A stretch of 64,000 nucleotides of DNA from Colwellia polaris (lineage in GTDB: Archaea; Nanohalarchaeota; Nanosalinia; Nanosalinales; Nanosalinaceae). Made by a program: the position numbers and the translations under genes. Within the stretch, counting starts at the first letter, position 1. Each line of letters starts with the position of its first letter. The stretch lies in assembly GCA_047617785.1 (NCBI GenBank), contig JBLGBK010000001.1, positions 65,638-129,637 of the forward strand, in the 5' to 3' direction. This document shows positions 28,072 to 37,783 of the stretch, piece after piece. The notes below the pieces were generated by a model that was not told the DNA's origin, made no database searches, and saw nothing but the letters and a program-made list of their open reading frames with translations.

Positions 28072-30906
28072 TTATCCTTTGATGTTGACAACCGGCAGAA
28101 GTTTTGCAGCTTTCTGACCTATACCCAGATCATCGGAAACCTCAATAACCTCGTCAATATCCTTGTATGCATCAGGCGCCTCTTCTGCAACTGTTTCGCC
28201 GCTTCGAGCTTTGACATATATGCCTTTGTTCTCGAGATCCTTCTGAAGTCTGTCAGCACTATGATCCTTTTTTGCCTGGTTACGTGACTTCAAGCGTCCT
28301 GCTCCATGCGCTGTGGATCCAAAACTTCTTTCTAGAGACCTTTCTCCCCCAATCAATACGTAACTAGATGTTCCCATGCTGCCCGGCAGTAGTACTGGCT
28401 GACCGACGTCCTTATAGACGTCAGGTACCTCAACCCTGCTTTTTGGAAATGCACGCGTCGCACCTTTCCTGTGTACAAGAAGATCCTTTGTTTCGCCGTC
28501 TACTTGGTGAGTTTCCTCTTTTGCAATGTTGTGGCAAACGTCGTAGAGAAGCTCCGTCTCTACATCGCCAAATAGTCGATCGAATGCATCTCTTACTGCT
28601 TCCGTAATCCCTTGGCGATTGGCCCAGGCATAGTTTGCTGCAGCGTACATAGCGTCCCTGTAGTCCTGTCCAAGCTGCTCATCCAGAGGTCCATACATGA
28701 GGTTTTTCTCTGGTATGTTCTCAGCTATCTCTGGATATTCTTTCTCGAATTCTCTTAGATATTCTGTACAGGTCTGGTGGCCAAGACCTCTGGATCCCGA
28801 GTGAATCATGATCACGACCTGGTCTTTTTCCAGTCCGTAGACTTCTTCATATATTTCTCCGACACGCTGAACCTCTAGGAAGTGGTTTCCGGATCCTAGG
28901 CTGCCTACCTGGTTTAATCCTCTTTTTATTGCGTCTTCAGGCACTTTTTCTGGTTTTCCTGGTAGCCGGCCATTTTCCTCGCATCTTTGTTTGTCTTCTT
29001 CTGTCGCGTAGCCGTTTTCTATCATCCAGTCTATACCCTTCTCCATTATTTCCATAAGGTCTTCTTCATCGGTATCGATGTAGCTCCCTCCTCCTAGCCC
29101 GCAAGGTACTTCGTTGTATAGGATGTTTACAAGCTGTTCTTCTTTTCCTCTGATATCTTCATAGGTAAGATCTGTTTTTAGCAGTCTTACGCCGCAGTTA
29201 GAGACAATAAATTGATTGGCCTGGAAGTTATGCTCTTTATGTGCAACGCCGATATCGTAAACTTTTTCTACTCCCGCTTTCTGTATGTTTTTGATAGCGG
29301 TTTTTATAGAAAAATCATTCTTGACTTCTACTTCTTGTGCGTATTCTTCATAATCGGGAAACGTCTTTGGAGGTTTAGAAATCGATTTCCTTCCGCTATA
29401 GATGCTTCTTTCAATAAAGCGTTCATTAATATCGAACTTCTTAATTTCTTTAGGTCGTGCGCCACCCTCATAAAGCTCTATGCTCTCGCGGGCAATCTTT
29501 TCCTGTCTCTCAATAGCTTTTTGTTTGGTTTTAAGATATTGAACGGCTTTAATCGCTTCTTTTTGTTTATCTTTGTTGTATCGATACCCTATTTTTTGAT
29601 AGAAGTTGATTAGGTTCTTTGAGTCATTTTTGATTCCCAATCTACACCTAACTACTCTGCCTTCATTGTTTTCATGTGTTTCAAATTCTTCAACCTTATT
29701 TGTTCTAATGCCTAATTCGGATAGAGCTTGCTTAATTCCCTCCATAAATTCTCGCCCATATTCTTTAACATATTCAGACTTATTCTGAGATATTTTAGGG
29801 CAGTAGAGGTTCTTTCCGCTCTTAGGAGAGGGTTTATTCATCTCAGCTCCAAAGAAGGCTGATAGATACAGAGCCTTCTGCCAACGCGTTAAATTATCGA
29901 AATAATTAGGAAGTGTGAACGACTGATTCGTTTTCTTGCCCTTTGGAACGCCAAGCTCAATTAGAAGTTTCTGGAAGGCTCTAGAGGTCGATTTTAGACT
30001 TCCCTCTGTAACTTCAAAAGGTTCTTTTCTAACCTGATGAGTCCTATCTCTTGAACATATTTTTGAAGGACGGAACCCTAGTTTCTTGATATCTTCCTGT
30101 ATAGATTCTAAGTCTTCTTTGTCAGCATAAAAAGTGGTGTCGCCATTATTATTGAAGCTACCAGCTCCTGTGTGGAAAGCCGCCAATTTAAGCAATATAT
30201 TAAACTCTTCATCTGTAGATTTCAGCGGCAAAAGACCTCGCTGGTTAAGAGCGTCTACTAATTGGCTGTTTTCGTCCTTGAAATCCTTCTCTTCTATTAA
30301 CGTAAATTCCTCAGGATCTTCGTCCTTTACTCCTTTAAAGGGTCTGATAACCACTCTTTCACCCTCTTGTAGCTCTGATAATTCCTTCATCCCTGTTGGA
30401 GTCAAAAACGGGTGATCAGCTGTAGCTTTAATCTTCTCTCCGGTTTCAGTTTCAATTTCAAAGACCTCTTTCCTTTCTTTCTCTGTGAATAGCTGTATTT
30501 CAGAGTCTGTAGAACCTTGATCTGTCGAAACAACCGCTTTGTCCGTGTTAAAGCTGTTTTTTAAATCTTCTATCTCTTTCCTCCTGCCAAATTCAAGTAA
30601 AACTTCAGATCCTCCTGTTAAGCAATTTATATCGAAGCCGATTCCTCCAGGACTGATAAATCCTTCTTTTGCGTCTACAGCCGCCACCCCTCCGATTGGG
30701 AATCCGTATCCTTGATGGCCGTCTGGCATCAGTACTGCTTGCTTCTCTATCCCTGGAAGCGATGCTACATTTCTTATTTGCTCAAGTGCGCGGTCTTCTT
30801 TCATTTCATCCAGCAGTTTTTCTGATGCGTAGATCCGAGCCGGTTTTTGCATTTCTCCGGTCTGAGGTATTTCGTAGATGTTGTCTTCAATTTTGTTTAT
30901 TTCCAT
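28072..30906 (-). CDS. rtcB: tRNA-splicing ligase RtcB containing an intein
   Basis: MPDGHQGYGFPIGG, GFDIN|C, GSGNHFLE, HSGSRG, HNIA, HRKGAT, HGAGR and EEAP.AYK motifs. Start placed at MEINKI. Confidence 0.96.
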   Translation of the reverse strand: MEINKIEDNIYEIPQTGEMQKPARIYASEKLLDEMKEDRALEQIRNVASLPGIEKQAVLMPDGHQGYGFPIGGVAAVDAKEGFISPGGIGFDINCLTGGSEVLLEFGRRKEIEDLKNSFNTDKAVVSTDQGSTDSEIQLFTEKERKEVFEIETETGEKIKATADHPFLTPTGMKELSELQEGERVVIRPFKGVKDEDPEEFTLIEEKDFKDENSQLVDALNQRGLLPLKSTDEEFNILLKLAAFHTGAGSFNNNGDTTFYADKEDLESIQEDIKKLGFRPSKICSRDRTHQVRKEPFEVTEGSLKSTSRAFQKLLIELGVPKGKKTNQSFTLPNYFDNLTRWQKALYLSAFFGAEMNKPSPKSGKNLYCPKISQNKSEYVKEYGREFMEGIKQALSELGIRTNKVEEFETHENNEGRVVRCRLGIKNDSKNLINFYQKIGYRYNKDKQKEAIKAVQYLKTKQKAIERQEKIARESIELYEGGARPKEIKKFDINERFIERSIYSGRKSISKPPKTFPDYEEYAQEVEVKNDFSIKTAIKNIQKAGVEKVYDIGVAHKEHNFQANQFIVSNCGVRLLKTDLTYEDIRGKEEQLVNILYNEVPCGLGGGSYIDTDEEDLMEIMEKGIDWMIENGYATEEDKQRCEENGRLPGKPEKVPEDAIKRGLNQVGSLGSGNHFLEVQRVGEIYEEVYGLEKDQVVIMIHSGSRGLGHQTCTEYLREFEKEYPEIAENIPEKNLMYGPLDEQLGQDYRDAMYAAANYAWANRQGITEAVRDAFDRLFGDVETELLYDVCHNIAKEETHQVDGETKDLLVHRKGATRAFPKSRVEVPDVYKDVGQPVLLPGSMGTSSYVLIGGERSLERSFGSTAHGAGRLKSRNQAKKDHSADRLQKDLENKGIYVKARSGETVAEEAPDAYKDIDEVIEVSDDLGIGQKAAKLLPVVNIKG
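29197..30624 (-). mobile_element. Intein (476 aa) with LAGLIDADG-type homing endonuclease domain
   Basis: Begins CLTGGS after GFDIN, has block B ATADHPF and block F VYDIGV, and ends HNFQANQFIVSN|C. The +1 Cys is the RtcB metal ligand. Confidence 0.93.
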
Positions 30907-30931
30907 AAGAACCACTTCTGATACTAGTTTT

Positions 30932-31345
30932 TTAGATGTCGAGGACTGCTTCGAGTGTCCAGCCTTCGCCTTTGATATAGTCAACTTTCATTTCGTTGTA
31001 AGTTGGCGCCTTGATATCCAGCGGTTTTTCGTCTAGATCGATTGTGTCAACCATGATATCTGCTTCAATTCTATGCGCATCGTTGAGTTCCTCGTAGTCT
31101 AGGTTTTTGGCATGGCTGACGACTACTTGCTCTATATCTTGAAGCCGAATTAGTTGATCGAGAAAATCGAAGAGAAGTGCTTCGAGATTCTCTGATTCCA
31201 CTTCTATACTATGCGTGTACATTCCTCCCCCTCCTTCTACTATTTCTGAGAAGGCTTTTACTGCTTCTTTGAAGGCTTCTTCCAGTGTTTCTCCCTGTGC
31301 ATGGAATTTTTCATCCGCACTGTGCTCAAGTATTTCGTAGCTCAT
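30932..31345 (-). CDS. Archease (RtcB activator)
   Basis: YEILEH.AD, L.ALLFDFL and IKAPTY..M....AVLDI motifs, adjacent to rtcB. Confidence 0.93.
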   Translation of the reverse strand: MSYEILEHSADEKFHAQGETLEEAFKEAVKAFSEIVEGGGGMYTHSIEVESENLEALLFDFLDQLIRLQDIEQVVVSHAKNLDYEELNDAHRIEADIMVDTIDLDEKPLDIKAPTYNEMKVDYIKGEGWTLEAVLDI

Positions 31346-31953
31346 AATCTTTCTGAAAAACGTTTCTTCAAGGCTTTTTTCACAAGTTGTTCTTGGTCCT
31401 CAAGCTGTAAATCAGTGTTGTCTATAATCAAGTCGTACATTTCCAGATTGCTGACATCTATGCCGTAGTAATCGCTGTAACGCTCCTTGTTATCGCGGTC
31501 ACGCTGCTTGATCTTATTCTTTGCCTGTTCCAGCGTTTCTTTCTCTTCCTCATCATTTCTTTCTCCAGATTCTGCGTCTTTTTTTACTCTACGCGCTCTT
31601 TCTTCCAGATCAGCTGTCAGATATATTCTTAGATTGGAGTAGTCTCCCATAACCCAGGATGATATCCGTGATTCGATTACACATGATTCATTCAGGCCTT
31701 TTTCAAGTGTTCGTTCGTCTACTTTGATATCTGTTTTTTTATCTGCCTGTGCGCTGAGTTCTTCGACCGTGAGATCTTTTTCGCTGGCTAGTTGTCTGAA
31801 GAAGTCGCCTGCGGAGTAGCATGGTATTTCCATTTTTTCTGATATGAATTCTGCTAACGTTCCTTTTCCTGCACCAGAAGGACCATCTATAGTTATTACT
31901 ATGTCCGAGTTTTTGGAACGTTCTTCTCGGAATTCCGGTATATAGCTCTCCAT
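31342..31953 (-). CDS. cmk: Cytidylate kinase (archaeal type)
   Basis: ITIDGPSGAGKGT P-loop, SAGD.FR, ESR and RY..YYGID...YDLII motifs. Confidence 0.9.
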   Translation of the reverse strand: MESYIPEFREERSKNSDIVITIDGPSGAGKGTLAEFISEKMEIPCYSAGDFFRQLASEKDLTVEELSAQADKKTDIKVDERTLEKGLNESCVIESRISSWVMGDYSNLRIYLTADLEERARRVKKDAESGERNDEEEKETLEQAKNKIKQRDRDNKERYSDYYGIDVSNLEMYDLIIDNTDLQLEDQEQLVKKALKKRFSERL

Positions 31954-32045
31954 GTATTCATTTTACCAAAATATATTTTATGGTTTTATACCGAAATTCG
32001 GTCAAATAGTTAAAGGCTTCCCAAAAAAACAGTGGAATATAGACA

Positions 32046-33332
32046 GTGAAAAAGAAGATAATCCGCGGGCTAGAAGTTGCTCTTACCGGGCTTACATTCG
32101 CTTTACTGATGTTTTATGGCGGATGGACGGGTTTAGAGTTGAAGGAATACAGTATCAACTTGATCTTTCTTGTAATAGATATTGCAATTGCAGATGCTAT
32201 AAGCTCCACCATCTTCTTCACAATGATAGTATCTCTAACAGGGCTGGTAATGCTTAAAGGCGCTCTGAAAAAGAAAGATGGCTGGCGATCGACTTATCAG
32301 GGTGGAAAAGTCAATGCAGTGATACCAGTGTATAAAGACGCAGAAGTAATGCATCAGAGCGTGGAAACACTTTCTAAATCAAATTATGATAACCTGGAAA
32401 TCACAGTTATATATGAACCTGACGACGAAAGTACAGAGAGACGGACAACAGAGCTAGAAAGCGAATACGACGCAGTCAACGCTGTGGAAAGCGGTAATCC
32501 GGGTTCAAAGGCTAAAGCTGTCAACTACGCTATAGAGAACTCTGATGCAGACTATTATGCAGTATTTGACGCAGATGAAGAAGTTGACCCCGTATTTGTA
32601 CCTGCCGCAGTTTCATATATTGAGGAGGAAGATTATGATATATTTCAGGGGCGAAGAATACCGAAACCAGATGGCGTTTTGGAAGCATTCTGTTATTGTG
32701 AGAGAGCTCTATTTCACACCACTTATTCTTTGACCCGTTATACCGGTTTCAAAAGCCCTAGAAGCTCCTCAACCGTCATGAAAAAAAGCGCATGGGAAGA
32801 GGTAGGTGGTTACTCCGATATGCTTACGGAAGACCTGGATTTCCCTCACAAATGCTATAGAGCAGGTCTGAAAGTAAAGCAGGCTTACAACTACACAAAC
32901 AGAATGGAAGCTCCTCACAGCCTGAAAGATTTCTGGGGTCAGAGAAAGAGATGGAATATTGGCCAAGTCCAAATCATGGATAAAGCATTAAGCGGAGGAT
33001 TTGGAAACAATAAGAGCATTAGAGGCGCCATATCCACGTTCAGATCAGTATTTGGTCTTACAATTGGCGCTCTGCTTCTACCTCTTGTAGCTAAGTTCCT
33101 CATACTCCTTCTATTCGGGTTTGAATTGATTTATGTGCCTCCGCTGATGGCGCTTAGCCTTATCCCGATATCACTAAGTTTGATAGACACTAGAGAAGGT
33201 AAAGTACAGCCAATCCTCCTCAGAGGTCTTCTCAGCCCTCTTGTTATAATTGTATCAGGAACTCTGATAATCAAATCCGTCTTCGAGTACCTTTTCACCT
33301 GGAACGGTGAATGGTACCAGGTAGAGAAGTAA
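32046..33332 (+). CDS. Membrane GT2 glycosyltransferase (processive, cellulose-synthase-like)
   Basis: IPVY, KA.A.N, FDAD, TEDLD and QRKRW motifs with flanking TMs. Confidence 0.9.
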   Translation: MKKKIIRGLEVALTGLTFALLMFYGGWTGLELKEYSINLIFLVIDIAIADAISSTIFFTMIVSLTGLVMLKGALKKKDGWRSTYQGGKVNAVIPVYKDAEVMHQSVETLSKSNYDNLEITVIYEPDDESTERRTTELESEYDAVNAVESGNPGSKAKAVNYAIENSDADYYAVFDADEEVDPVFVPAAVSYIEEEDYDIFQGRRIPKPDGVLEAFCYCERALFHTTYSLTRYTGFKSPRSSSTVMKKSAWEEVGGYSDMLTEDLDFPHKCYRAGLKVKQAYNYTNRMEAPHSLKDFWGQRKRWNIGQVQIMDKALSGGFGNNKSIRGAISTFRSVFGLTIGALLLPLVAKFLILLLFGFELIYVPPLMALSLIPISLSLIDTREGKVQPILLRGLLSPLVIIVSGTLIIKSVFEYLFTWNGEWYQVEK

Positions 33333-33345
33333 AAACTTTTTAATC

Positions 33346-34431
33346 GTGGCCGGCGCATCACTTCCAGGGATACCTTTGGAAGAAGGACTTTCTTACGACG
33401 ACGTTCTCATCAAGCCTCAGAAAACCAGCGTAACAAGTCTATCAGACGTAGATACTTCTGTAGAAATAGCAGGCAAAGAGCTTGAAGCACCTGTAATCTC
33501 GGCTGCCATGGACACGGTAACCGAAACAGAACTGGCTATAGAACTAGCAAGACTGGGAGGACTTGGATGCATACATCGATTCCTGACACCAGAAGAACAG
33601 GCTAAACAGGTCGAAAAAGTCAAAGAAGCAGAAACCAAATCAGAAAATGCTGCAACAGATGAAAACAATAATTTGCTTGTAAGCGCCGCAGTAGGGCTTG
33701 AAGACCGTCAGCGAGCAGAAAAACTTATTGATTCAGGGGTCGACTTCCTAGTTCTCGACATCGCTCACGGCCACCACGAATCGTTGCTGGAAGATATCAG
33801 ATTCTACAGCCAGGAAACCAATATACCTGTGATAGCAGGCAATGTTGGAACTGCTGAGGGTGCAAAAGACTTTGAAGAAGCAGGTGCTGACGCAGTCAAA
33901 GTCGGTATTGGTCCCGGATCTGCATGTACGACACGTGAAATGACAGGTGCAGGAGTACCGCAGTTCACAGCCGTACAGAACTGTGCAGAAGCAGTTGACA
34001 TACCCGTAATCGCCGACGGCGGAATAAGGAAGCCTGGTGATCTGGCAAAATCTATTGCAGTAGGCGCGTCGGCCGGACAGATCGGCGGCATGTTCGCCGG
34101 TACGGATGAAGCTCCTGGAGAGCTCATGGAGATCGACGGAGAAAAATACAAGATCTTCCGCGGTATGGCTTCAAGGGAAGCTGCTGAAGAACGAGTTGAA
34201 AGAGAAGAACGTGATGAAAAATACTCTGACCGCGTACCTGAAGGTGTTGAGACCAGGGTACAGTATAAAGGAGAACTTGCAAGAATAATTTCAAACCTGA
34301 AAGGAGGACTGCGTTCAAGTATCAGTTACTGCGGAGCACACAATATTCCGAACATGCAGGAAAATTCAGAGTTTACGAAGATATCCGAATCAACCCAGTC
34401 AAGAAACTCTCATCACGCAGAAAGCCTATGA
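33346..34431 (+). CDS. IMP dehydrogenase / GMP reductase family protein lacking CBS domains
   Basis: [40 protein letters not shown] and EGV motifs. Confidence 0.9.
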   Translation: MAGASLPGIPLEEGLSYDDVLIKPQKTSVTSLSDVDTSVEIAGKELEAPVISAAMDTVTETELAIELARLGGLGCIHRFLTPEEQAKQVEKVKEAETKSENAATDENNNLLVSAAVGLEDRQRAEKLIDSGVDFLVLDIAHGHHESLLEDIRFYSQETNIPVIAGNVGTAEGAKDFEEAGADAVKVGIGPGSACTTREMTGAGVPQFTAVQNCAEAVDIPVIADGGIRKPGDLAKSIAVGASAGQIGGMFAGTDEAPGELMEIDGEKYKIFRGMASREAAEERVEREERDEKYSDRVPEGVETRVQYKGELARIISNLKGGLRSSISYCGAHNIPNMQENSEFTKISESTQSRNSHHAESL

Positions 34432-34475
34432 GAAGTTATGAAAATTTTCTTAACTTTCAGGAGGTTATTTAATGC

Positions 34476-35558
34476 GTGACAGACGTTTCTACGCGGGAAA
34501 AAGAAGTCTTAACCCTTCTTGATGAGGGCGGAGATTATGGAGATGTTCTTCATGAGTACGAGGATGGAGAAGAACTCATAGAATCTCTAGATGACAAGGA
34601 TTTGCTTGGATCAGATGAAAAAGGCGTCAAAGCTGGTGTATCAGATAAAGCACAGGAATATCTGAACGAGGAGAATAGCAACTCGTGGCAAGAAAAATAT
34701 CCTGAATTGCGAGAGGAAGAGATATTGACGCTTTACGGCACCCTATCAGAGACGAGCCGAAGCGAGATAGCAGACTTCCTGGACGTCAGCGAACCCACCG
34801 TCTCTAATTACCGAAATACGCTCGTGGAACAGAACTATCTGAGAAACCTGCAACCCGGGCGCGGTCCTTCCGACTACATACCCGGCGCAGAAATGATGGA
34901 AAATATGAATTACACTCTCGGACCTCGTTTTTTGGAGGACGTAAATCCTGCTCATCCTCTAGAGGATACAGAAGAAATCAAATGGTTAATTGGAGAAGCC
35001 CTTTACGAAGAAATACATGATGACAGGAGCATAACGGAAGAAGTTCAAGAGGCACCTGTAGAAAAGACAGGGTTAATCGACCCCAATCCGAATTTTCAAC
35101 GCAAGGAATCAGTAGTCCGTCTTCTCAAAATGGTGGGGCAAGGCGATTCAGGGTTTGGAATCATATCGGATAAGATAGATGGTGCGCACAGCATAGTAGA
35201 GACACTTGAAGATGAAGATCTTGTTGAGGAAAGCAAAGAAAAAGCAGCAGGAATTGAGCTTACAGAGAAAGGACAGCTTTATCTTGAGGAAACCGAAATA
35301 GAAGAATACAAATCTACAGAAAATAGAGGTAATCGCTCTTCAAGTCAGAGCTCAAGGAGCACATCTAGTTCAAGAACTGTGAGAGGAGAATCTGATGGAG
35401 GCGCCGATGATAATCTGCAAGAGCTTGGGAATAAGCTACTTGAGGGTCATAAGGAGACTATGGAGCAGGAGGAGGATGAGAAAAGAGATTTCACGGACGT
35501 AGATACCGAGGAAGTAGATATCGAGAATGATGAGGCAGGTTACGAAGGATTTACTTGA
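34476..35558 (+). CDS. Acidic hypothetical protein with winged-HTH-like segments
   Basis: SRSEIADFLDVSEPTVSNYRNTLVEQNYL is HTH-like, plus two L.D.DL....G...K.Q.YL.E segments. Confidence 0.65.
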   Translation: MTDVSTREKEVLTLLDEGGDYGDVLHEYEDGEELIESLDDKDLLGSDEKGVKAGVSDKAQEYLNEENSNSWQEKYPELREEEILTLYGTLSETSRSEIADFLDVSEPTVSNYRNTLVEQNYLRNLQPGRGPSDYIPGAEMMENMNYTLGPRFLEDVNPAHPLEDTEEIKWLIGEALYEEIHDDRSITEEVQEAPVEKTGLIDPNPNFQRKESVVRLLKMVGQGDSGFGIISDKIDGAHSIVETLEDEDLVEESKEKAAGIELTEKGQLYLEETEIEEYKSTENRGNRSSSQSSRSTSSSRTVRGESDGGADDNLQELGNKLLEGHKETMEQEEDEKRDFTDVDTEEVDIENDEAGYEGFT

Positions 35559-35575
35559 GAAAATAGAGTATAAAG

Positions 35576-35650
35576 CGCGGAGCGCGGGATTTGAACCCGC
35601 GTCTTCACCGTGACAGGGTGAAATGATGGGCCAGACTACACCAGCTCCGC
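35576..35650 (-). tRNA. tRNA-Asp (GTC)
   Basis: GCGGAGC/GCTCCGC acceptor stem, TCACC-CTGTCAC-GGTGA anticodon arm, GGTTCAAATCC T-arm. Confidence 0.95.
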
Positions 35651-35717
35651 ACATATTAAGTTGGGGACTGTACCATTGCATTAACCTGAAATTCTTTTAA
35701 ACACTTAGGCCCTCTCT

Positions 35718-36224
35718 TCAGTCAAAGTAGGTTCCATACTGAAAATCAAGATTATGTCCTACATCAATACCGTTAGGACGATGATTATCATCTTTTTCAG
35801 AAAGAAGCTCTACTCTGTTATTCTCCTCGTAAACAGTTAGATCAGTAAAGTATGTCAGCTGCAAATCTCTATCTGAATATGTTGAGAGCGCCATATCTGT
35901 ATTACCACAACAATGGTTGTACTGGCTCCCTGCACGAGATATTGGTTCGTGTTCAAGGAGCTTCTCTGCATCTTCCGGCTGTATGAAACCGTGCCAAGTA
36001 TCCTCTATAGTTATATCGTAGATTTCCTCGCCCCCGTAAGGTTCATGGCTGCCACCGCTAATCTGCGGTGTTTCAGGGTTTGCGGATATATGTGCCGTGG
36101 TGCCTGGAAACTCTTTTACTGCTTTAGGAGTGGTTTCGGAGAGAAGTCCATTATCAAATTTCTCATCTCCTCGTGCGTGAGTGACTAGTAGTAACGGTTC
36201 CACTTGTGTTGTTGTCGAGTGCAA
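35718..36224 (-). CDS. Hypothetical protein
   Basis: 168-aa acidic ORF, divergent from the oxidoreductase gene. Confidence 0.55.
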   Translation of the reverse strand: MHSTTTQVEPLLLVTHARGDEKFDNGLLSETTPKAVKEFPGTTAHISANPETPQISGGSHEPYGGEEIYDITIEDTWHGFIQPEDAEKLLEHEPISRAGSQYNHCCGNTDMALSTYSDRDLQLTYFTDLTVYEENNRVELLSEKDDNHRPNGIDVGHNLDFQYGTYFD

Positions 36225-36272
36225 CTATTAAGTATGGTTGAGTTTAAAACAGTCGCCGCGGCAGCTGAAAGC

Positions 36273-37463
36273 ATGAAGAATTCAAAATACCTGATAATCG
36301 GCGACGGCGTAGCCGGAAGCACCGCTGCAGAAGAAATACGTCGTATAGACGAAGAAGGCAGTATAACCAGTCTGACAGCAGACTCCGAACCACTTTACAA
36401 CCGAATTACAGTCAAGACCTACATGAAGGGCAAGATGCCGAAGAAATTCACTCGTGTACACCAGAAAGACTGGTATGAAGAGAAAGATATCGATCTAAAC
36501 CTGAACACGCGAGTAGTGAACGTAGATGCTGAAGAAAAAATAGTTGAAACAGATCGAGGTGAAGAGTTCGGTTACGAGAAGCTTCTTGTCGCTACAGGAG
36601 GCAAAAAGAGAAAACTGCCTGAAGACGGCAATTTCGGAAATACATACTACATGTGGAACTGGAAAGACGCCGACAGAATCAAGGAATCAGCTGAAGCGAT
36701 CAATAAAGCAGTAGTAATCGGCGGCGGACTTCTAGGCATCGATCTAGCTGTTATCTACGCCGAACACGGATGTAATGTCGACTACCTTATACGGGGCAGC
36801 CACTGGTGGCATAGAGGCATTAGTAAGAAAGGTGCAGAGATAGTACATGAAAAACTTGAGAAAAAAGGAGTTAACGTAGTAACAGACTGCGCTGTAGAGA
36901 AAATCCGCGGGGAAGATAAGGCTAGAGAAGTTGTTGGAAGCAATGGAGAAACTTACAGCTGTGATTCAGTCGGTATCGCGATTGGAAGAAACCCAAACTT
37001 CGATTTTATAGAGGCTGAGAAAACCGAAAACGGCAGCATAAAGACAGACAAGTTCCTGAAAACCTCGCGCGAATATGTCTACGCCGCCGGCGATCTTGTG
37101 AACTACTATTCTCCCGTCTTTGAGAGACGTCGTGAGGGAGGTACATGGGACCACAGCACCGCAATGGGTAAAGCAGCGGGCAGAAGCATGGCAGATGAGG
37201 AAGAGGAATTCTACTTCGTACCTAGCTATGGCGTAGGCCATTTCAGAGTTCAGCTTCTTTCAATCGGCGAGAACTACGGCAAATCTATCTGTAGACGCGA
37301 GGGAGATAATTACATAGAACTTTTCTTTGAAGACAACCGTCTAATTGGCGCAACAATGATAGGAGATGTTTCCTCCAGAGACAATATAACAGAGGCCATA
37401 GAAGAGAAAGAAGAGTTCGGTTCAAAAGAGCACGCACTCAAGCGTTTTTGGAAGAAGTATTAG
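36273..37463 (+). CDS. FAD-dependent pyridine nucleotide-disulphide oxidoreductase (rubredoxin/ferredoxin reductase-like)
   Basis: IIGDGVAG, LLVATG, VIGGGLLG and YAAGD motifs. Start placed ~30 nt after TTTAAAA. Confidence 0.9.
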   Translation: MKNSKYLIIGDGVAGSTAAEEIRRIDEEGSITSLTADSEPLYNRITVKTYMKGKMPKKFTRVHQKDWYEEKDIDLNLNTRVVNVDAEEKIVETDRGEEFGYEKLLVATGGKKRKLPEDGNFGNTYYMWNWKDADRIKESAEAINKAVVIGGGLLGIDLAVIYAEHGCNVDYLIRGSHWWHRGISKKGAEIVHEKLEKKGVNVVTDCAVEKIRGEDKAREVVGSNGETYSCDSVGIAIGRNPNFDFIEAEKTENGSIKTDKFLKTSREYVYAAGDLVNYYSPVFERRREGGTWDHSTAMGKAAGRSMADEEEEFYFVPSYGVGHFRVQLLSIGENYGKSICRREGDNYIELFFEDNRLIGATMIGDVSSRDNITEAIEEKEEFGSKEHALKRFWKKY

Positions 37464-37728
37464 ATCCGTTGTATTGATCGGTAAGATACTCGAAAGCATC
37501 TTCCTCACCTTCTTCAAGGTCTAGAAAACGTGTGTTAGTATGTTCAACCCCTTTAATCTGTATATTCTCTTCCGTTATGATCACGTTGTAGCTTTTGGTC
37601 TGCATAAGTCCGCCGTTGTCAACGAAGTTTGGTTGAACACGCCGAACAGAATCATGTCTCTCATATTGCTCTAATTCATCAAATATAGTTTCAAGATCCT
37701 GACGTTCATCAGCGTACAAGGTCTTCAT
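37438..37728 (-). CDS. Hypothetical protein
   Basis: 96-aa acidic ORF starting at MKTLYADE, downstream of dph2. Confidence 0.5.
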   Translation of the reverse strand: MKTLYADERQDLETIFDELEQYERHDSVRRVQPNFVDNGGLMQTKSYNVIITEENIQIKGVEHTNTRFLDLEEGEEDAFEYLTDQYNGSNTSSKNA

Positions 37729-37783
37729 ACAAGTATAAGGTGAGGGAAGAAGAGTATAATGAAATTGTTGTAGAAGATTACAT

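Noticed and set aside
30907-30984. N-terminal 26-aa extension of RtcB in the ORF track
   Set aside because: It overlaps archease, and the family-like start is MEINKI at 30906.
35436-35681. 81-aa ORF, and likewise 49518-49781
   Set aside because: Both run through tRNA genes and are spurious.
34476-36224. Possible integrated element at tRNA-Asp
   Set aside because: No integrase and no duplicated tRNA 3' end (att site) was seen. There are only orphan genes.
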